Part shown: positions 37,188-51,870 of the stretch, piece by piece | How the letters are laid out: each line of letters starts with the position of its first letter | Position numbering within the stretch: position 1 is the first letter of the stretch | Assembly (NCBI RefSeq): GCF_964204645.1 | Contig: NC_134026.1 | Coordinates: 15,720,150-15,784,149 of the forward strand | Direction of reading: 5' to 3' | DNA length: 64,000 bases | Source of the DNA: Tubulanus polymorphus | Taxonomy: Eukaryota > Animalia > Nemertea | The notes under the pieces: generated by a model | Told to the model about the DNA's origin: nothing | Database searches by the model: none | Seen by the model: only the letters and a program-made list of their open reading frames with translations | Program-made: the position numbers and the translations under genes

Positions 37188-37892
37188 ACTTATGAAATCA
37201 TTCAGCATCCAAGGTTCACACCACGAACGGGGAAAATGTCTATTTGAACCATTAGGGGGAAACCCTGTACCATGTGTATTCATGATGAATCATCATTATG
37301 CAGTTGTGTGTGATTACTACGGAGTCTCATAAAAATTTTTGATTCAACAAAGAGTAGACATGTTAGGCTTTTTTAATTACTTTGAGCATGGATCCTCTGA
37401 AATTCTGCCAAAAACCTCATGCTGGAGATAGGTATACGTTACCATTCATAATTTGAAGAAAACAACAAATTGTTTTCTTTTGTATTTGCTGTTCTTATTT
37501 TTGATCTAATTATCTGCAAAAAGTCAAAGAGGTTCAATTTTGGTACTGTATTAAACATACATCATCATATAAATTTAGGAAAGTCCATATTAAAGATTGT
37601 GTTTCTTGCTCATAATGGTATAGTTCACATGATAGCCAATGAAACTGTATATAGGCAGTGTTCTCTGTGTTTGCTGCTTCAATGAATGAATGAAGTTCAT
37701 GTGACAGGCACTATACTCCACGGCAAAGACCACATGAGATAACATTAGAAAGCACTTAAAATGGCTCCAAAATCCTCAAAACTTCCTCCTTTGGGCTACA
37801 CGCCTGATCTGAATCGGCCTGTGTTTACACGAGGCGGGATGCAGCTACTTATCTGGCTGTGTGTAAACAGCACTGCTGTCTCGAGTCTACTA

Positions 37893-38462
37893 CAGAGCTG
37901 CCAACCCCTGAAAATTGTTTTGAGGGACAGTGATCCCCATTTTTGGGACAGCCATCAATTTTCAGGGACATCCAAAAATTTTAGCATCTCAGCTTTTTAA
38001 CTTAAAATCAAGCACTTATCTTGTGCCCTGGTGAGGAGAGCTACATCATGAATGAATGCTTCTTAAAATTCAAGGACAGGAAATCTAACTCAATGCGTGG
38101 GAAAGTTACTTACTGACTGCTAGCTTCAGTGTTCACTTGCCATATTAACCCATTCCTGAGTACCATCTGCTAGCGCCACAATGTTCACTTTCCATATTAT
38201 ATCATACCGAGAACAATGACTGCTAGTGCCTAAGTGAACACTTGCCTTAAATTATATACATTCGCGATGTATACCGATTACTTAGTCGTGTACTAATGAA
38301 AAATAATTTTATTGTAAACTTGAAATTAATAAAATCCACAACATTTTCCGTGACAACAGTTAATTGTTTAAAATCCGTGATATTTAATGCTTCCCGGGAC
38401 AGCAGGACAAACAATGAAATTCTGTGACTGTCCCCCAAAATGCGGGATGGTTGGCAGCTCTG
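37893..38462. mobile_element. hAT-like MITE
   Basis: Perfect TIR CAGAGCTGCCAACC. Flanks CTACTA/CAACTA (5 of 6 match). Confidence 0.8.
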
Positions 38463-39049
38463 CAACTACATGTATTAACTCATTGTGGGTATTTCCCGAC
38501 AGTACTGCATCTTCAAATGGAGTAGTTTGCGTATAAACAAACGTATGTGATACCAGCTGGCATTACTGTTAATTTTCCATGAAGAAAATACCTCTCTCAG
38601 TGCTTTCTAGATTACATAAAATCCCGGCTAGCGACTGATAAACCCTGCAGGGACAACCCTACCGATCCTCTCCCAGTCAGTGTAAACCACGAACTGCGCA
38701 GTTTCTATGAACTACCTACCAATGTATCAGTGCGCAAGCAAATGTGATGATAGCGATGGGGATAACACTTCCTTGCCGGGAAAAACCAATGTTTACAATT
38801 CACTGACAGGTAGGCCCTCAAAACTTTCCATAATTCATTATGATTTTGGGAACCTAAAAACAACAGGCTATAATAGTCGTAGCTAGGTTCATGGATACAG
38901 GCAAATGACGGACATTTTTTCATCGGATTATCAGTTCTATATGATACAGCATTTTGGGACTATATCAATGGCAGTAGAGATATTACGGGTGTTGTTTGGT
39001 GAATGGCAGGATTTTTAATAGACGATGCCTATATGGTCTTTGACCATAA

Positions 39050-40010
39050 AAAATTCTTTCTACAGATGAGGACTGGTTACACTAAGATGACTACTGACGT
39101 CATCACGCTGGACTGATCAAAGAATATGTCTGATATTATTAAGAGCCCTTCTCAAAGAATAATCATCACAAATTTCAATTATAAATGGCCAACCATTTGG
39201 GAGCTACAGGTCTAGAAATTCAGGGCAAAAATAACCTTCTTTGGCACAAAAAAGGCCATGTGTTTGATCTACCCGATTTTTGTAAAGCTGTGCACACCAT
39301 TTGGAGACACAAACATATGTGAAAGATCAAGATAATTGATCAAAGCGTTTTCAAAATTTCCCTAGAAAACTTAACAAATGTATACTAAGTGCTGTTTTGG
39401 GGAATAACAGTGGCTGCCAGTCAACCATCATTATTATGATTGGGCAGAAGATGTATCTAGGTTAGATATGCGTATAGACCAAAAATCAAGACACTCCATT
39501 GAAGCATCTTCAGAACTTTCCAAAATAACTGATTCCAGCTGTGGAAAGTGAACGCAATAGCCTGCTTAGTCTCAAGTGGGCTAGATAAGTACTACATTAA
39601 TCTAATTCTCCAAGGCCAGGGAAAGCGGCTGGCTTGCGGCACGTTCCACTTGAGCTCATTGGATTATTTTGCATCTGTCGTTGGAAATCAGTTTGTTGAT
39701 GACAATATGGTCTTTACGAATATGTTAAAAAACGTAACATGTGTTTTACAGAATATCTACAGTCCTTGATGCTTCCATAGGTGGCCACCAGTCATTTATC
39801 TTGAATCTGATTGGGCCAGTTATTGAGATGTAGGTATGTCTAGGGTAAATACATAAAAAACCAAATATCAAGAGAACTCATTTTCCAAACTTACCAAAAT
39901 AAATGGATTCCATCTGCTTAAGGTTATGCAAATGAATGAAGAATGAAAAGACAGAAGTAAAGCGAAAACAATAGCCCGCTGGGACTTAAGAAGTTCCAAA
40001 TGGGCTGAAA
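39050..40010 (-). mobile_element. Two old, diverged family-1 Helentron-associated fragments
   Basis: Ends AAGTGAACGCAATAGC...CAAGTGGGCTA (~39583) and AATAGCCCGCTGGGAC...TGGGCT (~40006) resemble 59590-59635. Confidence 0.65.
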
Positions 40011-40751
40011 ATGAAATGCAAAATAACTGATACTGGCAAAATAGTCATACAAAATTCCTAGTAAATCCACCACCTAGTTATTTGAATATTTTATCACCCA
40101 GGAAGAGATTGATGATTTGAGATGAAACTAAGTATTTCTCTAACAGCTATATATCAGATGGCACCTTTCAAATTTGTAAAACCTAATAACCATCAGTTAT
40201 CAGTACAAATCAACTAACTTCTGGAAATAATTTGACACTTCATAAGTGGAATAAAAGCATAATTAAGTGAAAATGAATTTTGTCTAATGGAAACAATTCA
40301 AAATGAACAAAATATGTGTGCACTTTTGAAAGTATAAGGCAACACCATATAACACGTCATCTGTGGCATTAGGCAAAATAACAGGAGTCTGGTTACTTTT
40401 GGCTATTAAGACTCCAGATAACAAAAAATTTCAAGCACATGTACATTAAAGACACTGTATGAATAACTAGTAATAGCTCACTAGTCCTCTTTATTATCCC
40501 ATATGGCTCCATGACTATGAATGTTTTGAGAAGAGAAATAAAAATCAGCTAATGAAGCTTTTCAAATCAATCACTCACATCTAATGTGGAGTCACTGCAC
40601 TGAATAACTTGGTGGTCATACACCAAAATGTCTTTTTTTCAGAATCCAATGTATCCAAATTTCCATTGTGTAATAGTCAACCTAGGATTTCGACGCTTTT
40701 GTTTATGTACTGTAAGTTTATATGCTACGTTACTTCTGTTTTCTGTTCATT

Positions 40752-40793
40752 CCACCTGATGATGGCTGTTAGTCAACAGCCGAAACGTTGTGG
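40752..40793 (+). ncRNA. Solo minimal type I hammerhead ribozyme, probably a 3' remnant of a different Penelope-like family
   Basis: CCAC-CTGATGA-T-GGCTGTT-AGTC-AACAGCC-GAAA-CGTT-GTGG, followed by AATAAA. Confidence 0.85.
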
Positions 40794-41365
40794 TTTCGTT
40801 TCAATAAATTATTTCATATAAAATTGGAATTGTGAGACTTCTTCGATTATCTACAGTGTACACGGATTAGAGTGTTACATTTGATTACTAGATCATAGAT
40901 AACAAAGTCAAAAAGTCAAGAAAATGTCACTGAACAGATCCGGTTGGCCAGATTTTATTTTCATTTTATGCCAATTGATATTGCTTCATTATTCATTAAT
41001 TAAAGGACCTGGCTGGCTATGAGAAACAAGGTACCTTTTTGAGCCTCAATCAGTCACCTTCACTTGCCATATGAGACTGATGACTCATACACCGAATGGG
41101 ATGGACAGCCACTAGATACACAAAACTATAATAACCCTAACACATTGCGATGGGTAACAACAAAGTGTAAATAACTGAATGAAGCGATTCCAATATTTTG
41201 CATGATGAATATAATGGTATCATCATATGATATATGGTAACATACTTCATGATCTATAAATTCATGCATATCTCAAGGGAATTGGTTGTTTCATTCAAAT
41301 TGCACTTGAAAGTGTAGATAAAATGTCCCAAAGTTTTCTAAAAAACTAACACTATTAAAGTGTCA

Positions 41366-41560
<195 letters not shown>

Positions 41561-44399
41561 TCAAAGTAATGAATGACATTCAAACAAACAATGATCGCAT
41601 CAAATTATTACAAAAACTATAGAGTAAACTGAACGCGTTTGACACTCGTTAGGGATGAATATCCGTTTCAGAATCACACGTTTCGCTACACGCTTATGAG
41701 TGCAACGAAACTTCTAACGCTCCCATTAGACGTTTATAATGTAACTGCATGTATTTTACCATGTAGTCATCCAAATACAAGAAGTTGCACTCGAAAAGAA
41801 GGGAGCTGCTATTACTACATATGTGCATTTGATGTACGCGCGCCAGACGTGTTGAATTTGAACTGAGGTAGTAACTAGTTGATTCGCGTTTCTATTTCGC
41901 TTTATCAAAAACCAAAACGCAACGATCTCCAACGATCGCCGGACGCGTTATGAGTTATGTTACTTCTAGGCTGTATTGTAAGGCCCATAATCAAGCAGCT
42001 GATAAGTTATGATATCCAAGTGTTCGAAGATGTTTAAAGATCTGAATTTTCAGCTTTCCACTGAAAACAAGTTTTAATGACCAAAATACAAAGTATCACA
42101 GAAAGAACTCAATATACGATTGCACACATTACTTGGTGACATTGACAAGAGAAGAAATGAACAGGGACAAGAGCTGATAATGGAAACCTAGGTTTTCATT
42201 GAGAAAAGAATTGATGCTTGAAGGCCAATTCAACAATGTGGCATTGTGGTGTTGGAAGGAAAAATTATATTTTTTCGCTAATGCGAACTTTAATAAAATG
42301 ACTTCAATTAATGATGATAAAACAAGTATTCCAGTCGTGTAAATATCAGACTCATCTCTAAAAAAATTCGATGCTGTCAGTGAATCAGCCATGTGGCGAA
42401 CACAGAAGTAAAATTCCGCATTTTGAAACCACATTTTTTCATTTGAAACCACATTTCACAATAAATCGTTATATCATACGCCTTGAATATCAGTATTCGC
42501 GCTAGAAATGATGAATATCAACCTAATCAATCGTGCCGCCATTTTGTTTGTGAAATAAGGCGCACCAGCTGATCCACCTCGTTTGATGTTATGACGTAAT
42601 GATGAATGTCAAAACCAGGTCAACACAAATTTTATAGAACCAAGATTTTGAGGGGTTTCGAAATCGGTTTGAAAGCCCATAACTACCGAAACCAAGCCTC
42701 GGATGTTGGCGATGTAAAGTTCTTCCGACGCAAATAGCATTGAATTTTCACATGTGTTATTTTGGACAATTAAAGATGCTGCATTAAAAAACATGCTCAA
42801 ATAAATCCAATTTTTGAAACTTTTTGGTAAATTTAAAAAAAAAATGAAACCCATGGCTTTCTACTTTGCAGGGTTCATAGCCTCCAGGCCCAACTTAATT
42901 CAAGTACTTTCAAGGACCTATTTCAGCAAAATTCAAGTACTATTTTCTGAAAAATACCATATAAACACTAGTATTTAAGGCGAATTTATTGCAATGAAAA
43001 TTCCTTTATTGCAGAAATTTAAAAGAAGTACAAACGCAAATCATCATAAAGAAACATCCACGCGTAGCAGAGCACTTGATAACTTTGGAATCTTTCAGCT
43101 TTATTTTAAGAAAGATTTACTACATGTATCAGAAATAAATAACTTTAAAACAAGAAATCTGTGAGCCTTTCAACGGAACTACAGGTAGACCTCGCCATCA
43201 AAAAGCCATACTATCGAATGCAAAAATAACAAAATTATACAAAATTAAATTACAGCTCATCGACCTATTTACAATCGATTAATTTGCTCCTTTTGAGTTT
43301 CGATGGCTGAAATTACATCGGCCAACTCATGTGACTTGTCTTTAGCCAAATTTCTCATGGTCACAGATTTTAAAATGAGCTCACGAGTTTCACTTTGTTT
43401 GCGAGATTTCACCTAGCTTCTGTTGAAATTGGTCTGCGTTGAATCCAACTTTTGTATGATTCATGCACCAACCAGGCGTCAGAGAAATGGCACTTTCCCA
43501 TACTGGCCTATCTAATTTTGAATCCAACAAATTTCGATGACCGGCTTAAACGTCTAAATGATAACAGCTTAACGCTTAATCATGATCAGCTCGGGATACC
43601 CTGACATAAAAAATCACTTTTCGATAGTAAATGCTCCAAAGATCGTCAAAATCAAGAACGGTCTTTATATTAATTTGAGGTCATTATCTACTACCAATAA
43701 TCTATTAAGAATTATTTTTAAGTATTTTGTTTGTTTATTTCATCACAACGGCATTTGTATATACGCGGCGCGCGGTAGCGGTAGTGCCGCCACGTGTCTA
43801 CTAATAGATTTGTATACGCATTGTCAGCAGTGAGCCACGTGCCTAATACATTTGTACTGTATATATACACAAGTCAGCAGTGTATACGAGTCTATAGCAC
43901 GCTGACAGTACAGAGTCACAGCACTCTCACACGTGGTTGGCAGTGCGCAATAACGAAATATAATTTTGCATAATCCGTTCAATTCGCCCATTAATAGTGA
44001 AATTAGAGGCTAATGAAATTGTGTTTGAGTGTGCTAAAAATAGCTTCGAGCATAGTGTATTCAGCATACGAATGATCATCGATCGGCCAGACCTTTGACA
44101 TAGGCTCGCGATAAAAATTGCTTCAAAAGGCGGAACTCCTCCAAACGACGGAAAATTACCATCCCTGAGTTAATTTTGAACCATTTCCAAACTTTTAAGA
44201 AACTATTTCATCAACATTCTAAATTCTAATTGGTATACGAGCGTAGCCTAACACAAATCAATATTTCATTTCATCATGGCAACCTTGAACTCTTTAACAT
44301 CGTCAGAAAGTGTATTCTGTGTATAAGTTGACCTACATTTTTTGGACATGATTTTTGGTCTCAAAAACTCGCCTTATCCACCGGAAAATACGGTAGTGC

Positions 44400-45615
44400 A
44401 AAGTAAGAAATTCATCATCTAACAAGCAGGCAATTTTGAAAAGTAGCAAAATATTGAAGTTAAATCCTAGATTGGATGCTGAAGGAATTTTACGGGTTGA
44501 TGGATGATTGCAATTTGCCAACGAAATAGCTTCGAGCGTAGTGTAATGAGCATACGAATGATTAATGATCGAAACTTGCTGTCCCATAATTCTAGCTTGA
44601 AGTAACCACGTCACCCGACTAGTAATCGAAAGGTAGGACAATGAAGGACACCACGCCATCGAAGAAAATCACCTGCTGAATAATATCAGAGCCAGATTCT
44701 TGATACCTAGTTGCAGAGAAGCAGTCAAGGGTTACAAGCACAAATGCTTTGGCTGTAAAAGGCGACGATCAAAAGCTTCCGAACAGATTATGGCACCACT
44801 GCCAAATTATCATTTAGATATACCACTGTGGACTACGAAGGGCCATTCATAACTAAACAAGGAAGAGGGCGCTTTAGGCTAAAGAGATATCTTTGTTTAT
44901 TTACATGTCTGTCGTTGAGAGCTGTACATCTAGAAATAGCTTCTGATATGGAAACAGACACCTTTCTACCAGCGTTCTTTCGATTTTGTCATCGTCACGA
45001 CAAGCCTGAATTAGTGATATCTGACAACGGTACGAATTTTGTCGGCGCTGATAGGGAATTAAGAGAATTATTTGATCGTCTACAAAAAACGAAAATTATC
45101 GACACAGCTGCGACAAAAGGCATCGAATGGAAATTCAACGCTCCACAGGCCCCACACTTAAGTGGAGTTTTTGAGTCGATGGTGAAAGCAGCAAAGCAAG
45201 CTATAAAATCTGTGTTGACCAATGCCTAGATAACAGTTGAAGAATTACTAACCGCCACGACATGTGCAGAAGGAATTCTGAATTCTCGGCCATTACCAGA
45301 ACTTAAAGCCAATTCAGATAACATAAATGTTCTAACTCCGAATCATTTCATAATTGGTCAGTGTGGGGGTCAAATTTCCCCTGTATTTCCAATCTGTAGT
45401 AAATAATCCGAGAGATGGAGAAGCGTTAAAGAACTAGTTTTACATTTTTGGCGCCGTTGGCAAACGATGTAGTTATTATCGATGGCGATTTGTCACGTAG
45501 AAATTGGCTCTAGGTCTTGTTACAGAAGTATATATCGGGAAAGATGGTAATATACGCGTCGCTCAGGTGAAGGTCAACGGTAAATTGTAAAAACGATCAA
45601 TCAGTAGACTATACC
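44400..45615 (+). pseudogene. BEL/Pao integrase region remnant
   Basis: DYEGPF, YLCLFTCLSLRAVHLE, SDNGTNFVGA, WKFNAPQAPHLSGVFESMVK, LNSRPL and LTPNHF. Confidence 0.9.
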
Positions 45616-47543
45616 CATGGTTCCCACACTTCCTTGTTAATAAAATTCCCACATTTTTCCCAAATCATTTCTCATTACTCCCAAATGCAAATGTCAGGAG
45701 ATCCTAGGTGGACTCGGCATTTTGCAATTGACGTTATGCAGGGAGAGCTAGATCTTCAGTGTGCTATTCACCAAAACAGGATTTCCTCCATGACCTGGGG
45801 CAAGTCCTTCTTGTTACCTTTGTTGTAGAAAAAAGTTAACAATGAGGTAGGTCGGACAGCAAGATTTTAAAGAAACTTTCATGGAAAAGAATTCAAAAAC
45901 AGCCTATTGGAATTCTGATCTATCATGTACTTGACTAGAGAATAGATTTATGATTATCATTTTTTATTACAAAAAATAGAAAAACCAAAATTGAATTAAT
46001 TTTTGCTCATTCCAGCTGATGTAGTCTTACAGACTTTGCATTTAGCAAAACTTTTGTCAGCTTGATCTTCTTGCAATCAGTCCTTGAAATCATCGATTGT
46101 TTGCCATGTCAGCTGAAACGTGCAAGGCATTGTCGCTGAAATTAGAAAAAATATGGAACAATGTTGAGCAAATGTATGAGAATGCGATCCACTGGATACA
46201 GTCTACTCTCAAAGTTGCAGAGAACCCACATGATAAATAAATGGGGAGCACCATAACAAATCCAATTAAAACTAACCAAATGACCTAGAAAGGGCAATGT
46301 GATTAATTATAACTAGTTTGAAAGAGTTCACAGACTGATCATAAAAGCCAACTGCTAGCTGTACCAAAATCTGGGCCTGGGCTAGTCTGACGGATGGCCA
46401 AGTGGAACAGCGAAAAGATTTAGCCGCCTGTTATCCATTCTGAAACTGTATAAAACATATAATCTAAGAAAGCAAGAATTCAACTATTTTGAAATGAACT
46501 ATACTTTTAATTGAGAAGAAAGGCAGCTGAGACACAAATTTGCAAGATCGATTTCAACAGGTTTTCAAAAATGCGATTTACACAGTTATGTTTCAATATC
46601 ATTAGTAAAAATGAAATGACAATTATGGGCCACCGTACTTTGCGGTTAATTCAATATTTTACCGCCAAACCATCAACATGTGTTATTTGTGTCAAGCACC
46701 TCCACTGAATATTTAGGCAGAAAAAATATATAATTTCCCTGGAAATATTGGGTTTGAGCAATGCCTAAGTGTCTGCAACTAGCTGGTTTCAAATAAGCTG
46801 GGCCCTGCCTAATTGGTGTCGAGAAATGTTACCAGTGACAACAATAAAAAAATGAAACTAAATTGTAGGCCAGGAATTTTCTTGTTTGGAATATTAATAC
46901 ACATGTTAATATGGACGCAGCATGTATATCAGTTATCAGTTATATCAGCATGTATATCAGTGTGAAGACGTAGTCTATATCTTCACACAAAAAATCAATA
47001 CTGTGCCATTCATTCATCATTACACTCGCAGTACAGGGATTGTATTCACAGGCGCACGACGATGTTTCTTATGAACGAACGCATTTTTGAAAATGCCTAC
47101 AAGTGGAGAGAAGTGCTTGATTGAAACTTCAATCTTTCATCATAATATTACTATTGGAATGTAAATAAATTTGATCATCTATTTTGAATGAGAAGATTGT
47201 ATTTACCACTAACTTGACGCTGTTTTCCTTCTATTTTCACCTGGATATCTTTCAACTTCTCTCGCCGATGAACAGACACGCACACAGTACAGAGGTGAAC
47301 AAAAGCACGTGGAACATCGTTAGTTCAAGCCGCAAAACATATACTCGTGAAAATACAAACCCTGGCTGGAATCGGTCTCTTGGAATCATTGAATATCTTT
47401 TCATTTTTAAACGACTGGCCATTTTTCCCAACTTTTCCCTAATTTGGTGGGATTTTAAAAAATTCCCTTTTATTTCCCAACCGGGAAATCTGATTAGAAA
47501 ATTCCCAAGTTTTTCCTGTTTTCCCGGTAGTGTATGAACCATG
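45616..47543. mobile_element. Non-autonomous DNA transposon with CATGGTTC TIRs and 6-bp TSD
   Basis: CATGGTTCCCACACT...AGTGTATGAACCATG, with TATACC on both sides. Ends are related to 32235-32563. Confidence 0.85.
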
Positions 47544-47841
47544 TATACCAACTGGTAGAAGCTTAATAGTATGTGTTCGGTTGGTAGTGGCTTGAGTCCA
47601 GTTTACCGCACTCAGGAAAAGAATAGTAAGACTCTCCTTCCCTCCACTGGTCTTGGGGTCACAGTTTAGGCAACCGGGAGTAACCCCTGTAGCCTACCAT
47701 ATGTATGGGTTACTACAGTGCTGGCCTGGCGACCAGGGTGAAGAAAGTTAATGGTTGTGCTGGCCCGGCGACCGGGGCGAAGTGGATCTCTACTCGAACT
47801 ATAATTTATAATTAATGAAATTCATTATATTACAAGGTTAA

Positions 47842-48173
47842 AGGCCTTTTTATGAACCAGCAAAATCGAAATAGATTAGCTATTTAGATTATATAGCCGA
47901 TTAGTGTCAATTAGCATAACCGGGTATGTTGGTTGATAAAAACGCCAGGTAGAAATTATTCAATTATGGCCTACTCAGCAGCGACTTCTACCGAGAACAC
48001 CATATCGGTTGGATTAGATAATCGGCATACTTGCTCGCCGAGCGAGTATGCTGAGTATGCTAATCGATTATGATAACCAATGTTCATAAAAATGACGGAT
48101 TATGACATAATCCATGCTCATAAAAACATTTTGCATACTCGAATATACTAATCGAGTGTTCATAAAAAGGCCT
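47842..48173. mobile_element. PIF/Harbinger-type MITE
   Basis: Perfect TIR AGGCCTTTTTATGAAC and TAA TSD. Confidence 0.85.
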
Positions 48174-49800
48174 TAAGTTGAGTTAAATTTAGTTTAGGCG
48201 TTAAAGGACATTTTAGTTCCAAGATATATAATTTAGTAGTTAATTTAGTAGTTTCTATCGTGCTCAGCTTAAATTTCAATGTAATGTACTTGTTTATTCT
48301 TTTTCTGATTTAGCGCTCGTAAATCATTGAAGTAAGTGTAATCAAGTTAGCTTTCATTTTGTTTACTATGCATCTCGTTGCAAATTTATTTCATAGTAAA
48401 CAATTACTTGCGATAGATGCATTTTAGGCAGCTAGTGCAGAAATACAGATAATGTGTTAGTTCATGAATGACTCACTGCTGATTTTACATTCATATATTA
48501 GTAGTACAATGTACTTATAGACATAGTAGTACATTTGCTTAATAATTTATTATCATATAGATCGGATACTTTATTTAATACCCTTCTTTAAATTTGTCCA
48601 TTGCCAGTTATTACAGCAATTTTCATTAATTAGATTGATTTAATTTCTGATATTCCCTCTGGATATATCAGGGAGGGAGGTGTTCCCAAGATTATTCACA
48701 TATTTTGCACATTACGGCTCTGCGGCCTTCTGACCCATATAGTTTTTCTTGTTAGTCACGTGTTATAAAAAGAGTCATCATCGTAGCATCGGACAAAACA
48801 CATCGTTTTCTTTCGTTATTTGTCTTTTGTATCTAATTCAATCCTATCGGATAGGATATCGTTGTGGTGGACAATCGCCCCCACACAACACCATAGCTTA
48901 ATTTTCTTTTATCCAAATTCGAACTATGGACAAACAGATGAACAGATGGACACATATAGGCCTAGAATGCATATGACCAGTCCCTTATCCATATCACATC
49001 GCATAATTTTCTTTGAACAACGTCATTCATTTTATTCTGTGGACATTCGAACTGGAAAACCAATATGTCAGGACATTTGATGAATGAAAGCACCGATTAC
49101 CTTGCCACTTGAAGTACAAATAGGTTCCTGCAAAGCTTCAATATCATCTATGCTAGATCCAACAGGTATATATGTATAAGCCCCACGGGAATAAGGATGA
49201 TGGTACCAAGCAGTTCTGGAATAGAAAATATTTTTTAAATTGAGACACCCTACAGTTATAGATCAAGTGTAGTGTATTCATCAAAATTGTAATTATGATC
49301 TCATTCAATTGATAACCAACCCATATACCAATAATAAATGTTATTCTTTCAATTAAAACTGAACTTGAATAAATACACACGTTTGAAAAATGAATTACAG
49401 GTGCGCAAATTTTCTGAACACGCAGCATCGACTATTTGCTATACATATGACGTCAAACGAGCTATAAAGTGAATACAATGTGCACTGTTCACACATAGCA
49501 GTTTTAGTTTTATTGATTTTTTCCTACTCGATGCCAACTGAATTCATGATTAAGCATTGGTACCAGTGGTATTATCATTATTTACATCAGAACTGTAATT
49601 CAAATATAATCAAAATATGACACAATTCTCTTACCTTCAATCGGCACAGTAGCGCCGACAAAGTAAACACAACTACTAAGACGCTCATTAGTGTTTCCTA
49701 TGCCTCTAAAGAGACATACCCAATGCTGATGAATTTTCTACCCAATAAAGCCGGTCATATAAGACAAATGGGGATAACTAGGTTCCAAATTCCATGAATA

Positions 49801-49997
49801 TTAACCCTTTCAGCTCTGGCCATATAGCAACACACTGTACTGAGACAGAAATCGAAATTGTTGGTGATTTTACTAGAACCCCTGGTATAAAGATACCGTT
49901 AGTGTTATGAAAGGTGTAGTGCACCCACAGAGGGCAAACATTTTGGTGATTAAAAAAAATTAAGTTTTATACTAATCAAGTGCGTCACGTAACCTAA
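49801..49997. mobile_element. Partial piggyBac-type MITE (reverse orientation)
   Basis: Reverse complement of ~25420-25624. Confidence 0.7.
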
Positions 49998-50169
49998 TAG
50001 AGCATAACCTAGCATAAGTTTATTCATACTGTTATAAATTCATACTGTTATATTTTTATAGAAATTTATTGTATGAAATTAAGGACCATGATGGTCTATT
50101 TCAATAACTTAAACTTAAACTTATAAAAAGCAGTTCCTTTTAAACATTCTATGATAATATTTGTTTTGT

Positions 50170-51870
50170 TCGCGGATATCAATACCACGAAAATTCAACA
50201 GGGCTTATTTATTTATTGTACCGGTACACATTTTTTTATATTGTATTGAATTGGTCCGGTCCATTAGGCCACATCGGCGGTCATACAAGTTAGCGTCAGA
50301 AGGTGTCAGCGTCGGTGTTATCTAGTTGTCGCCGATATCAAACGGTCTCAAGTGCAGTTTGTACATCACATACATTACAAATTGGAGGTCCCTTGTACAT
50401 CACATCGTGACGGAGCAGCGTTGGTGATGTCATAGAAGAAGACAGTCAGTTGAAAATACCTACCCACTGCACCGATAAAAATTGTCAGCAGCAGTGACAG
50501 TAAGGGGGAGTGATGGTACCGTCGCAATTATGTTTTATAATGGTTATTAGATGTCAATTTCATATGTGAATTGTAGTCCCCATCTGATCTCATGACTCGC
50601 CAGACAGATTTGTCACTCCTCTACTAGGCCTTCCCTCCTGCACAGTTAACCCTATAGGCCTAGGCCTAACTTGTGTATTGGTTATTTCACGGAGATGCCA
50701 TCTTGAATCGGTCGAGCACCTTGGGCCTTATACGGTTTTTGTATCTAGTCGACTACTTGTCGGAACTGATAATAACCGAATGCGCTTAAACTGCCAATAG
50801 GGAATGGTAAAAACACTGTATCTTCGTTATTCTCGATGTTATTTCGACAAAAACTTGGCACATTAGTACTTTGCACGTAGTAACACATGTGGGTCAACAT
50901 ATTCATGTTGTGAGTTGATTTCAGGTGAAATCTTTGCACACATTCCTTGTACGACATTCTATCCAGAAAGGCAGAAACCCGTTACCGCTGGTTGCAGCTA
51001 TATTAAGGGTTTCTGACACTTTTGCAGAGACCTTATTGTAATTGTACTGATTATCATTAGGGTTTCTGCTGCCTTCGCAGAAACCGTATAGTAATTGAAC
51101 TGCTTATTAGGGTTTTCTGACTTTCGTCGAAAACCCTCTTGTAATTCTGTTGATTATTATAATTATTTACATATTTTCCACTATTTTTCATGACATAAAA
51201 TTCATCTTCTCTCGCATTCGACAACTAACAGCTACTAAGCAGAATGTAGAATATCACTGATAGAAATATCACGCTCCGAATCTGCACGTGGATTCTATGT
51301 ATATACTGTACATCATATTTTAAACTTCAAATTGCTTACTGCAAGGCAACACCGGTTGTTTTGTACGCGGATATTAATATTACATATATTCAATAGGTTT
51401 TTATCTATTATTGTTTATCTATTATTTATTTATTGTATGCATTTTTATATTGAATTGAATTGGTCCGGTCCATTAGGCCGTAGATATTCCACTTATGTTC
51501 CGCATTTGTAGTCTTCAGCTTTCTGATTAGCGTCAGAAAATATCAGCGTTGTGTTACCTTGTTGTCACCTATATTAACAGGCTTTAAGTCAGTTGTAAAT
51601 ACCTACCCACTGCACCGATAAAGACGATTGCATTATAGCAGCAGTGATAGTAAGTGATGGTATCCTTCGTGATTTTATTTTTACGATAGTTATTGGACGT
51701 CAAATTCATTGAATTGGAATGAAGTTTCCATTTCGACTTGTCACTCATTGGCCTTCTTTCCTCCTGCATAGTTAGCGCTGTTAGTTCGGATTGTTTATTT
51801 CACGGAGATGCCATTCTGAATCTGTTGATTCCCAACAGCGCCTTAACTGTTTTTGAATGCCTACCCCACC
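50170..51870 (+). mobile_element. Cluster of family-2 Helentron-associated elements
   Basis: 50170-50710 is a direct repeat of 51365-51825. 3' stem-loop end at 50970-51004 and three 5' ends at 51005-51160. Confidence 0.65.

Noticed and set aside
41070-41100. CTGATGA hammerhead-like core
   Set aside because: No stem II followed by GAAA. The same applies to CTGATGA near 25789 and 28782.
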